A DNA stretch of 63,888 bases, the filler included, from Chrysochromulina tobinii (lineage: Eukaryota), in NCBI GenBank assembly GCA_001275005.1. It is 11 parts of 11 records of this genome, joined end to end, with 100 filler letters (N's around TTAATTAATTAA, not from the genome) between each part and the next. Parts side by side here need not be neighbours in the genome. Positions count along the whole stretch, not along the records: positions 1 to 13,227 come from JWZX01000659.1; positions 13,328 to 17,247 come from JWZX01000660.1; positions 17,348 to 20,511 come from JWZX01000661.1; positions 20,612 to 26,628 come from JWZX01000662.1; 7 more parts are not named here. The stretch is one strand, 5' to 3'. Shown piece by piece: positions 11,282 to 21,438 of this stretch. Numbering within the stretch: the first letter of the stretch is position 1; every line of letters starts with the position of its first letter. The position numbers and the translations under genes were made by a program. A model generated the notes under the pieces. It saw only the letters and a list, made by a program, of their open reading frames with translations, was not told the DNA's origin and did not search any database.

Positions 11282-12805
11282 ATGTCGACCATCTTCGTCC
11301 ACTGCGGCCAGGCAGGCAACGAGATCGGTGGCGTAGTGTGGCGGCTCGCGTGGGCCGAGAAGCCGCCTCGGCGCTGGTTCTTTGACGAGCGTGGCACAGC
11401 ACGTGCCGTCTTTGTTGACACCGAGCCCAAGGTTGTGCGCGGCGTGGTGCGCAGCCTGGGACCTGAGCGCGTCCATCCGCGCTGCGCGCTCGTCGAGCAG
11501 AGCGGGCGTGGCAACAACTGGGCAATGGGCTACGGCGGTGTGGATGGCGGAGGGCGCAACGGCATCGCGGACGCGGCGCTGGAGGCGCTGCGCTGGCAGT
11601 GGGAGCGGTGCGATTGGTGCACGGGCGTTGTGCTGAGCCATTCCATTGGGGGTGGCACGGGATCGGGCCTAGGCTCACTGCTGCTCCAGGAGCTGCGCGA
11701 CGAGCATCCACGACACTATCTCACTGCGGCGGCCATGTGCCCCTTTGCCGCGGGCGAGCTGCCGCTTGGCCACTACAACGCGACGCTCGCGCTCTCCTTC
11801 CTTCAGGAGTTTGCCGATGCGATCATCCTCTTCGACAACACGCAGCTGCTGCGCCACCTGACGAGCAGCGCAGCCGTTCAGTCGCACGCGGCATCGCACT
11901 CGTCGCAGCAGCCCGCGCGACTCGACATGAAGCATCTGGATGCGTATGTCGGGAGCGGCCTCGCCGGCCTCACGTTCCCCACCGATGGCCCCTTGGGCCG
12001 CCGCCCCTTTGACGCGGCCGATCTGGTGACCAGCGTGTGCCCGATGCCGTCTCTCAAATGCCTCACGCTCCAGACAGCGCCCGCGCCGATGATACCGGCC
12101 GCTGCTGGCAGCGCCGGCGCCTCGGGCGGCAGCGGCGGCTCTGGCGTCGGTGGCGTCGGCGCCGTCGCGTCCATTTCGCGGCTCGGAAGCGGCGCGGGGC
12201 GGCCGGCGCCGTGGGAGACGCTCGTAGGCGACCTCGTGAGTCGCACTAGCCGGTACGACCTGCTCGACCGTCCGGTCCTCTCACTCGCCTCACAGGTCAT
12301 CGGGCGTGGCGTCGCGGGAGAGCCGCCGGATGAGCGCATCAAGCACAGGCTCCTGCAGCTGCTCGGCGGCTCGCCGTGCTCGCCATTCCCGGTCGACTAC
12401 AAGCTGTCGGCCTCTCCGGCGACCGCGCTGCCCTCGCAGAACGCGCTGCGCTCCCTGACGCTCGTGAGCAACCGAAGTAGCGCCGGCCCGCAGCTCGAGC
12501 AGATCCTAATCCGCGCGAGGCTGCAGCTGCTCGGCAAGGCATACGTGCACCACTTCGAGCGGCATGGCGTGAGCACCGAGTTCATCGCGGAGCGCGCCGA
12601 GTACATGCAGACGATCGTGGACGAGTACGAGGGATGCCGGGCCGCTTTTGCGGGCTCGCAGCCGCCAGTGGTGTCACCAGTGCGGGCAGCCGGCGCGGCG
12701 GCGAGCCTGTCGCCGCGAGGCACGCTGCCGTCGCCTGGAAATCCGGCGGCGCCATTGACGCCGAGCAACATAGCAGGCGCGGCACAAGGCTTCGCTCTAA
12801 GATAG
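11282..12805 (+). CDS. Divergent tubulin of the delta/zeta group, most like zeta(eta)-tubulin
   Basis: MSTIFVHCGQAGNEIG, AVFVDTEPKVV, GRGNNWAMGY, tubulin signature GGGTGSGLG, GELPLGHYNATLALSFLQ and C-terminal KAYVHHFERHG. Confidence 0.8.
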   Translation: MSTIFVHCGQAGNEIGGVVWRLAWAEKPPRRWFFDERGTARAVFVDTEPKVVRGVVRSLGPERVHPRCALVEQSGRGNNWAMGYGGVDGGGRNGIADAALEALRWQWERCDWCTGVVLSHSIGGGTGSGLGSLLLQELRDEHPRHYLTAAAMCPFAAGELPLGHYNATLALSFLQEFADAIILFDNTQLLRHLTSSAAVQSHAASHSSQQPARLDMKHLDAYVGSGLAGLTFPTDGPLGRRPFDAADLVTSVCPMPSLKCLTLQTAPAPMIPAAAGSAGASGGSGGSGVGGVGAVASISRLGSGAGRPAPWETLVGDLVSRTSRYDLLDRPVLSLASQVIGRGVAGEPPDERIKHRLLQLLGGSPCSPFPVDYKLSASPATALPSQNALRSLTLVSNRSSAGPQLEQILIRARLQLLGKAYVHHFERHGVSTEFIAERAEYMQTIVDEYEGCRAAFAGSQPPVVSPVRAAGAAASLSPRGTLPSPGNPAAPLTPSNIAGAAQGFALR

Positions 12806-13227
12806 AAAGGTAAACATCTTCGGTTCTGTCAGCGCGTCAGATCAAGTCAGACAATTCATTCAGGTACGCGGCATGGTCCCTTTGGGCCGCGGCCGGGGCT
12901 GGTGGGCCGTATATCTAAGTTTAACCTTCAACATGATTCATATTGCTCAAGAAAATCAAAACCGCGCACATCTCACATCCGGGCAGGCCACTGACACACC
13001 AGCACAGTCACCCGCACCAGGCGCGCACAGCACACGCCCATAAATAAAAGCCGCGTTGCCAAAGCAGGCTCCGCATAGCCGCCTGGAGATGTGCCCCACG
13101 ACGGAAGTACTTCAAGTACCGACTGCCCAGGCGCCCAGGCGGCCAACTGAGCAGTAAAGTGGGGGAATCTAGCAAGATTCCTGACATGTCCGGATTTCCG
13201 AGACCCTCCTTGGTGTCCGGGAGGGTC

Positions 13228-13327
13228 NNNNNNNNNNNNNNNNNNNNNNNNNNNNNNNNNNNNNNNNNNNNTTAATTAATTAANNNNNNNNNNNNNNNNN
13301 NNNNNNNNNNNNNNNNNNNNNNNNNNN
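13228..13327. other. Artificial contig spacer (N44-TTAATTAATTAA-N44)
   Basis: Identical all-frame-stop linker. Further copies at 17248-17347, 20512-20611, 26629-26728, 41379-41478, 46272-46371, 51423-51522, 57873-57972, 59809-59908 and 62042-62141. Confidence 0.98.
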
Positions 13328-13726
13328 ACGCGGCGGCCGTCGCTGCCGCTGCTGCTGCCTCTGCGGCTGCGGCTGCCGCTGCTGCTGCTGCTGCTACCGC
13401 TGCTGCTGCTGCCGCTGCCGCTAACAGTGCGGCACCCGCTGCTGCCACTCGTTGTAACGTGAGGCACGCGAGCCTCGCACCCTCATGAGCCCGGTTCGCC
13501 ACCTACCGTGGGGCCCCGCGACATGCATTGTTGAGCGGTCTCGACGAGCCGTGTTGAGCGGTCTTGAAGCTCGGCGTTCACCTTCAACAGGGCGTCTTCT
13601 AGGCCCACAAAAAATAACCCGAAACACTCAATACACAGTTTCCGTGGGCTCGGCGCGGCGCTCTTGCGCCGCGGCGTAAGTCTAGTTACGTTTCATTTGA
13701 GAGTGACGTGCCTTCAACTCGCAGGT

Positions 13727-14251
13727 ATGGTTCATCACATGCGTGCATCGCTCGAGCGCGCGGCAGAGGACGCTCTGCCTCCGGGCATCTGTACGGCTCG
13801 AGCTGAAAACGGCGCTCTGCCTCCGGGCATCTTCATCTGCTCTGAGCGCACGATCCTGTACAGCAATCGGCGTTTTCTCCTCGCCGTCACCCGTAGCCTC
13901 GTGCGCAACGGCGTTGCCATTCGCTATCACATGGGTACTGTCTTCGAGGTCAAAACAGCTCTCCACGGCAGTGTCCAAGCACAGATCGAATGTGATGCTC
14001 GAGGCTCTACGCACCTCTTCCTCCTCAACGTTCCCAACAGCGAACTCTGGAGGGCCGTCGTGTTGGAAGAAGAACTCTTTGCTTGGGACGTTATTCCAGC
14101 GGTCGGGAGCTCTCTACCGATTGGCTCTCTACCGACCACCGAAGAGACTAAAGCGCAAAGCCTTCTTCGCCGTCGCCTCGCCGAGCTTCTCCTCGAAGGC
14201 AAAGCGGATGGCTTGCTTCTTACCTCGAGAAATGAGCCCCAAGATGCTTGA
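13727..14251 (+). CDS. Hypothetical protein (possibly the last exon, after a GTAAG...CGCAG intron at 13676-13724)
   Basis: ORF of about 175 aa with globular-looking composition; no recognised motif. Confidence 0.35.
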   Translation: MVHHMRASLERAAEDALPPGICTARAENGALPPGIFICSERTILYSNRRFLLAVTRSLVRNGVAIRYHMGTVFEVKTALHGSVQAQIECDARGSTHLFLLNVPNSELWRAVVLEEELFAWDVIPAVGSSLPIGSLPTTEETKAQSLLRRRLAELLLEGKADGLLLTSRNEPQDA

Positions 14252-14415
14252 TTATAAGTGATATCGGTATTAGCGCATCCAAGACCGCCGCGTGCACGTG
14301 TACGCGTGTTGAGTGAAAGTAGTATGAGTAAGAGACTGCCGCACAATATGTACATATTATGAGCGCCCCGCCATCACTTTCAGAGACAATATGTGTGCAC
14401 ATGCCCGCGAACGCG

Positions 14416-15111
14416 TCAAGGGCCCCCACCGCCGAAGTCAAGCCGACGCGAGTTCACACCATCTCTCTGCACGTGGAACTTGCGCATGTCTGCACTAGTG
14501 GGGGCCGTGCCCCGCAGGTCGCGCGTCCCCATGAGGTGCGAGTTGCAACCGGGGCAGTTGTGGACATTTACCATCCTTTGCCCGTTCTTCAGCCCGCTGA
14601 TGGTTCGCCAGGTGGCGAGGCACGTTGTATGCATGCGACCCGGGCAGCACGGCAAGTACATGGGCAGCAGCACCCCTGTAAGTGTTTCGAGCTGTCCCTG
14701 CATGCAGATGAGGCATAGCTCCTCGTCTGCAACCTGCTGCTGCAACACCGGCGCGGGAACCGTCGCCGAAGCTTGCACCGCTTTACAAGATGTAGTAGCT
14801 GGGCCAGGCGATCCTGGGTTGCCATCTGGTTTCAGCGGCTTGATGTGGCCCAGGGCTCCCGGGAGGCGACAGCACGTGAGTTGTTTGGAGCGTTTCGCTC
14901 CTGGGCGGCCATTTGGTATCTTCATCACCTCTGCATCCTGTTCGAGATCGGTTGGTTCGGCTGCAACCTGTTTCCGAGGCCGGCCTTGTTTTCTATTTTG
15001 GCCAAGCGCAAGGCGCTCGAGCTGCTCTCGCTTACGCGTCCTGTCCCTCTCACGCCGTTTCTGTGCGCCCGGGCTGCCGTCCGTTTTGCGCGGCCGCCCA
15101 CGGCCTCGCAT
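14416..15111 (-). CDS. AT-hook + RING-finger protein
   Basis: Two AT-hooks (RGRGRPRK, KQGRPRK) and a CLIC..PCC..MHTTC..W..CPGC RING-like pattern. Confidence 0.65.
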   Translation of the reverse strand: MRGRGRPRKTDGSPGAQKRRERDRTRKREQLERLALGQNRKQGRPRKQVAAEPTDLEQDAEVMKIPNGRPGAKRSKQLTCCRLPGALGHIKPLKPDGNPGSPGPATTSCKAVQASATVPAPVLQQQVADEELCLICMQGQLETLTGVLLPMYLPCCPGRMHTTCLATWRTISGLKNGQRMVNVHNCPGCNSHLMGTRDLRGTAPTSADMRKFHVQRDGVNSRRLDFGGGGP

Positions 15112-15284
15112 CGCTATCGGGCTCCGCCCCGATCGGGTCGCTCATTTCGGAACCAGAAAGGGCGGGAGTCGCACTCTGTCTCGCGGAGGGGCCGTGACGT
15201 ACATAAGGTAGTTTCGCCTTCCAGAAGGTAAGTCGGCAACGAGGGGTGTGTCCCGAGATCAGCTGACATGGCACAAAAACGAGC

Positions 15285-16019
15285 ATGGAGGCCGTTGTGG
15301 TCGCGGGAGTTCCCCACGACCCGCGGCGCGCGCGCTACGGGAAGCGCGCATCGCAGGAGCTCGGTCGGCACGCGTGGTTCAGCGGCGAGATCGTCCCGCC
15401 GGCACTGCCGTCGCCATCGGACGCGCGCTGGGCCGACAAGGCCTTCAACCACTCACGCTGGGCGGCGAATCAGGTCGAGGCATTTGATCAGGCCGAGAAA
15501 GCCAAGCAGCGCGCGCTGCAAGTGTGGGACAACATTGCGCGCTTTCGCAAGATGCGCGTGCTGTGGCACCGCTTGGACCCGTGCGGCTACCGCATGCTGC
15601 TGGCCATGGAGAAGAAGCAGTCACAGGAGATTGCAAGCGTGCACGACAAGGCGTCGCGCTTGCTGCAGCTGGCGCGCACCGGCTACCAATTGGTAGTCAA
15701 GGCAGCCAAGGCGGCGAGGCGTGCGCACGCACGGCTGGATGGGCTCATGGCAGCACGCCACACGGCGCGGGCAAGATCCGCGTCGCTTGAGGTCACAGAG
15801 GCATATCACGCATACAGAAACCTTTATAAAGCTCGTGGCCGCCATGTCGTCGACCTCGGGCGCCTCAAGATCGTCGACTTCACGCGTGAGCTCGAGATCT
15901 CATCGGATTTCAAATCGTACGCGTGGGGCGCGTATGGCGTGGCAACAGATGTGTCACTGCTGCTCGCGGCTGTCGACTGGTCACTCTCTGACCGCGGCAA
16001 CATCCGTCCCTATCCCTAA
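15285..16019 (+). CDS. Hypothetical helical protein
   Basis: ATG-initiated 244-aa ORF with GC-rich third codon positions; no recognised domain. Confidence 0.5.
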   Translation: MEAVVVAGVPHDPRRARYGKRASQELGRHAWFSGEIVPPALPSPSDARWADKAFNHSRWAANQVEAFDQAEKAKQRALQVWDNIARFRKMRVLWHRLDPCGYRMLLAMEKKQSQEIASVHDKASRLLQLARTGYQLVVKAAKAARRAHARLDGLMAARHTARARSASLEVTEAYHAYRNLYKARGRHVVDLGRLKIVDFTRELEISSDFKSYAWGAYGVATDVSLLLAAVDWSLSDRGNIRPYP

Positions 16020-16258
16020 CGCCCCCTATCTAGAAGAACGCCGTGGACGCTCGCCATGGCGCGAGTCTCCTAGCTTTACGACCGCGCGAGGTACATAGTC
16101 GGGAGGACTTCACACTTTTCCCGCAATCACTTTTCGCCTACAACAACCCAACACACCATGACACCAACAAGCAACAACGCCGTACAAACAACTCGTCCTG
16201 CTGCCTGGCCCCTGACTGTCTCTCCGTCCGTCACGCCGCACGGCGGTTGTGCCTGCTC

Positions 16259-16858
16259 TCACTTCGCGTCCCACGCGCGGGCAATCACGCGCATCCGTGC
16301 CGCGACCGCTTTGTCACGCGCTTCCCCGCACGTTTTGCAGACGTTGGCGTGCATCATCTCATTCAAGAACGTGCAGACCCCACATTCCCAAGTGGGGTTC
16401 GGGGGCACTCGTCGGGCTGAGCAGGTGTTGCATGAGCTGGCCTCCATCTCGGCGTTATCGGCAGTGCATACGGCACACGCCCAAAACCGTGGGCCATCGC
16501 ACATTCCACAGACATTGGCCATCATCTTCTCATTGTCGTAAGTGCAGGCCGCACATGTCCACGACGCGATTCTCGGGGACGGGGAAGGCGGCAGGGTCGT
16601 CCTGCGGCAGGATCTCTTCGGCATTATCCGTGCAAGAAGAGGCACGTCCTCGTCGTCCTCCTCGTCGTCCTCCTCGTCCTCGGTGTCGGACAAGACCCCG
16701 TTCTCCGCGACTAACTTCCGCGTCTCGACATCCGAGTCATCCGAATCCGTCGGATCCGGTTCCGGAGCGTCCGTCCGTGACCTCTTCAGAAGAATGGGCC
16801 TATTCTCTTCCGGGTCCTCCTCGTCCTCGGGTCCGTCCACGGACTCGACCGCCGCCAT
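16259..16858 (-). CDS. Acidic protein with three RanBP2/NZF-type zinc fingers
   Basis: Three W-x-C-x2-C-T-x2-N...C-x2-C units (WTCAACTYDN, WACAVCTADN, WECGVCTFLN) after a D/E-rich N-terminus. Confidence 0.75.
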   Translation of the reverse strand: MAAVESVDGPEDEEDPEENRPILLKRSRTDAPEPDPTDSDDSDVETRKLVAENGVLSDTEDEEDDEEDDEDVPLLARIMPKRSCRRTTLPPSPSPRIASWTCAACTYDNEKMMANVCGMCDGPRFWACAVCTADNAEMEASSCNTCSARRVPPNPTWECGVCTFLNEMMHANVCKTCGEARDKAVAARMRVIARAWDAK

Positions 16859-17347
16859 AACTCCTCTTGAGGTTCGCGGTTGCGCGCGCAACGCCGATCG
16901 CGTTCGCGCGCCAGCGTGCGTGCTGATAAACGCTCGTCGCGACGCTCAGGAAATGGATAAGTCCGGAAGAATGTTTCATGTCAGCGCACCGAACTCTATT
17001 TGCGAGGAACTTTGTTCTTTGAGGGACGCTTGGTGTCACACGACAATACCACGAGACATGTCAAGTACAACTGTGGTCACTAACACCTTGTGGACACCCA
17101 AAGCTGAAACAGCCGAGGTCTGGAACACCTCCTTTTTTTCTCTAAGGGGCGGAACGCAATTGAGCGCGTCGCTGCCGGGCTCCCTGGTGGCTTCAGACGC
17201 GCTCGGGTCGGCCCGTTCGGGCTTCGAGGCGACGCCCGTGGTCGATGNNNNNNNNNNNNNNNNNNNNNNNNNNNNNNNNNNNNNNNNNNNNTTAATTAAT
17301 TAANNNNNNNNNNNNNNNNNNNNNNNNNNNNNNNNNNNNNNNNNNNN

Positions 17348-18170
17348 CTTGGGCAACATCCGCGGGCTGGCGTCCGGCGATGGCTGCGAAGGCTGCGGGC
17401 CAGAGAACTGCCACGGTAAAGACGGTGGTGACGAAAGTTAACAGGACGTGGTACGAGGCGCGAGCGATGAGCCACTCGGAGATCAGATGAGCGACCGAAG
17501 ATAGGGCATCGGAGCGGAGGACAGCGTCACCGCCCGGGTCACCGTCCGAGAAGGGGCCGTCGATGGCATGGATAGGAGCCGAAGTGGGTCCAACGAGCGA
17601 TCCTGCGACCAGGGCGAAGAGGATGATGCCGATGGCCGAGGCGGCGAGCCACTGGACGGCAGGCGGCCCAGCGGTGAGGCGCTGACGGCGACGAGCGTCG
17701 AGGATGGCCGCCACGCGCGAGGCGATGAGGAGCGGAGCCACTGCAGCACGCATCGCATCGTCGCGCGAGGGATCGGCGGGCTCGGCGGGGGATTCGTCGG
17801 CGGGTTGCGCGGCGAAATCGGCGGTTTCGTCGGCGTGCTTCTCGGCAGTCGGTCCGTCGGCTCTTTCGTCGCCGAGATCGTCGGGATTGTCGGTGCAATC
17901 TTTGCAGCGCGGGGCCGGATCGGGATTATCGTCGGAGCGCGCGCTATCAGTGGTACCGATCGCGCACTGGCGGTGCGCGCAGGCGCCCGAGCACCCGGGT
18001 ACGAAGTCGGGGCCTTGGTTGTTGCTCGGGTCAAGGTTGGCGGTGGCAATGCCAAGGGTTTCGGCCAGGGAGAGCTCGTCCGCAGAGGGATCGATGAGCT
18101 GCGCGATGCCGTCGATGAACTTGATCTTAGCAACGTGGGCGAAGTGCACGGTCTTCGCGGTCTCGCTCAT
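17348..18170 (-). CDS. Hypothetical protein, 3'-truncated, with hydrophobic segments (possibly retroelement-derived)
   Basis: ORF MSETAKTVHF... is open to the contig end; no diagnostic motif. Confidence 0.3.
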
Positions 18171-18875
18171 ATCTCGCTCAAGACAGACAACCCTCGACTC
18201 ACGCCTGGAAAAAAACGCGCTTGCGGGAAGTGATCGCGATTCTAAGTTCGCGCCCGATAAGGCAATCGGGGCGCGGTGCCACGCTCCAGGGGCCACAAAG
18301 AGGCAAGGGCCACACTCAGGGGGCACACACTAACACGTGATGGTGAGAACCATCCAACGGGTAAGTGCCCGGTCACGGCCGAGCATTCGATCCCGGGTAG
18401 TTGACGGCCTCTTGGGAAGTGACGGGGGTGCTCTATAGAGGGGGGGTAATCAAGTTGCCCCGCGCGCGTAGCGCGCGGGTTTTCAGCCCGCCGCAGGCGC
18501 AGAAATTTTGGCGATATTGACTGTAAATCACTACATTTAGGCCCTGAAATTGATGCCACTCACACACTATTGACTGCGACGTACATGTATGTACATGTAC
18601 CGACTACTATGATGACACACTAGCCACAAATGACAAAAGCAACTGTCTAGCTCACTCATCCGCCCGCTCTCTCGAATGCATGGCCGGGATCCATAACGAG
18701 CTTGAGCCGTAGTCAAGACATCCTTGACCGAAAGCTGAATTGTAGCCTCACACCGCCCTGCGGAACACACGTCAGCAACGAGCACAAGCTGAGTCGTCAT
18801 CTGCGTGTGGAGTCAGTCGAGGCTCACAAAGCGGGCATTACACTGTTTGCAGCTGATTGCTGGTCGACTGCTGCT

Positions 18876-20140
18876 CATGTGATATTCAGTATCATGTGAT
18901 ATCAGTATCATGTTGTATCATGTTATATCATGTGATATCAAGCGACGGCAGGTAAAGGACGTGAATTCACACCCGGCGATGACCCGCCATCGAAACCACA
19001 AGGTACATGTATACAAGTAAGTTGTCTGTTGTATGGACATTCTACAATGTATGGAGAATGGACCGGAGGACTTTTGTCCTACTGGGTGATACCGCCACGT
19101 GTTTTGTCGAAGGGGGTAGGTCAGCGCTGATTTGACGGTTTCGGAAACGAGTCCGCAAGTTGAGGTCGAAGAACGTGCTCGAAGTCTTGCGTCCGAGTGC
19201 TGCTCGAGGCAACTGCACGGCGCCGGGCGAGTGCTCGTGCGCGGACGGATGGGGCGGTCACGACTGCTCCGAGCCGCAGTGCGAGGGCGGGTGCACGGGC
19301 CACGGCGCGTGCGTGGCGCCGGGCCAGTGCAAGTGCTTCGACGGCTGGAATGGCACCAGCTGCACTGTGCCAGAGGCTCACACGCACCCCTTCGATCTCG
19401 TCTGCGGGACTCTGGTGCCACGGCCACGGCTGGAGCGGCGCGCAGTGCGAGGCGCCTCTCTCCCCGGCCAACTGCTCGAGCCACGGCCGGTGCGCGAGCC
19501 CCGGAGAGAGTCGGATGGGAGGTCGCCGCTTATGAGCAGCCCACCTGCCATCCAGTCTGCGAACACGGCACGTGCACTCGACACGGCGAGCGCGCCAGCT
19601 GCGCGTGCTTCGAGGGCTGGCAAGGCGTACGCTGCGACGAGCCGTCACTGCCTATCGAGCTGTCAAGCGCATGGAGTGTGCACGGAGCGAGGATGTGTTT
19701 GCTCGAGCCCGTACATGTGTTCTTGTATTCGTGTATCATGACGTGTATTATGATATATCATGTAGTATCATGAATCATGATATCATATGATATATCGTGA
19801 TATCACAGTTTGTGTTCTGGGGGGCTTGGGCTGTGGATCGGGGGACATGATATCATGTGATATCATGTGATATCATGTAGGGTGGAGGGCGTGTGGAGTT
19901 CGAAGTCCGATTTTGGCGTTATATCATCATATATCATCATTATATCATGTGTCCGTATCATGTCCATGTATCATCAAAAACGCGACATGAGATCACATGA
20001 TATAACATGACGAAGGAAATTAAGATGATACAAGCGATATATCATGTGTCGACGAGGGACATGATATATGAGATACAAGACTATGATACACATGATACAC
20101 AATGATATAATCAAGATATATGATGATATATAATGATATC
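18876..20140. repeat. TATCATG/CATGATA low-complexity repeat tracts (18876-18938 and 19733-20140)
   Basis: Many degenerate copies of (G)ATATCATG; the dominant orientation switches near 19975. Confidence 0.75.
19190..19690 (+). pseudogene. Frameshifted array of EGF-like repeats (teneurin/WIF-type)
   Basis: GNCTAPGECSCADGWGGHDCS, CEGGCTGHGACVAPGQCKCFDGWNGTSC, CHGHGWSGAQCE..CSSHGRC and CHPVCEHGTC..CACFEGWQGVRC are spread over three frames, with no start codon or signal peptide. Confidence 0.65.
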
Positions 20141-20611
20141 TTGTATAGAAAATTCCCTTTTCTTGTATAGAAAATTCCCCCAATCCCCTCCTCTCACAGG
20201 TGCCCCCGGAAGAGAAGCGGAGTGTATCAGGGGCGCCCTCGAGCGCCAACATAGTACCAAAATTTCCCCCCACCACACACACAACTTGTCCTCCGACTCG
20301 GCGCTTTCTTTCACAGTGTGAAATTGGAAAAACCACGCGAAACGGACTGGTTTAGTGCCCGGCTACACCGGACTCAATCGTTTAAAGATGCCCTGAGGAA
20401 TTCAGGGTTTTTTGGCACAATCGCTGGCCCCTAAACACGTGGCCTAAGTGGCCCCCCCCTCCGGGGAGGGCCGCCCCCCCTCCGGGGGGGCAACGCCCCC
20501 CCCTGAGGTTTNNNNNNNNNNNNNNNNNNNNNNNNNNNNNNNNNNNNNNNNNNNNTTAATTAATTAANNNNNNNNNNNNNNNNNNNNNNNNNNNNNNNNN
20601 NNNNNNNNNNN

Positions 20612-21157
20612 CGGCGGCGTCGTCGGGTTGGCGGCGGGGCGGCACGCTTACTCGACGCCTGGCCGGGGCTTCTCGGCGAGTAGAATGTTCTCTGGTTTGA
20701 GGTCGCGATGGACGATCTTTTTCGAGTGGAGGTAGGCGAGGGCGTTGCACAGCGTGCCCATCACGCGTGCGGCGTCCTTCTCCGAGTACTGGCCGCGGTT
20801 GACGATCTCGTCGAACAGCTCGCCACCGGTCACGAGCTCCATCACGAGGTTCATCTTCTTCGGCTCGTCCCAGATTTCAAAGAGCCGGATGATGTTTGGA
20901 TGCGAGATCTGCTCCATCACCTCGATCTCGCGGGTGATGTCGTTCATGTCCTCGACCTTGGCTTTGTCGATGTCCTTGATCGCCACCAGCATGCCTTTCG
21001 GCAACTTCTCGAACGTGCCATCCGGTTTTTTAACCTCGTGGTCATTCTTGACCGTTGCCTTGTAGACCTTGGCAAAGTTGCCCGAGCCGAGGACCTTCGG
21101 GTCCTTGTCGTAGAACTTCTTCAGAGAGTCCTTGGAGCCCGAAGAGAAGAACGGCAT
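20612..21157 (-). CDS. CaMK/CaMK1-like Ser/Thr kinase, 5' part (truncated by contig end within an intron)
   Basis: LGSGNFAKV, VAIKDIDK, HPNIIRL, MELVTGGELFD and HRDLKPEN; GTAAG donor near 20652. Confidence 0.9.
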
Positions 21158-21438
21158 CGCGCGCGCCGCTCAACCCCTGTTGTGAGAGCAGGAGCGTCTG
21201 GAGCGTGCAGGAAAAACAGGCCCCCGCCCCACCGCCGCGGCACCGCGCCATGAAGAGTCCGAACAAGGTTCGTTGTTCACAGTTCATCCGAGCTCATGCG
21301 AGCTCACAGCTCGCGAGGCAGCGCGTAGGATACCGAAGATGCCGGCTTGACGCCGGGACTTCGCCATTGAGGCAATGTTAGTTCTTTCCGCACCCCCTCT
21401 TCTGGACAAACTGGAGACGATCGAAATTTACATCCAGA

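Noticed and set aside
18170..18340. Possible LTR start (TGTTAG...) upstream of ORF 18170
   Set aside because: No primer-binding site, second LTR or pol motifs are visible.
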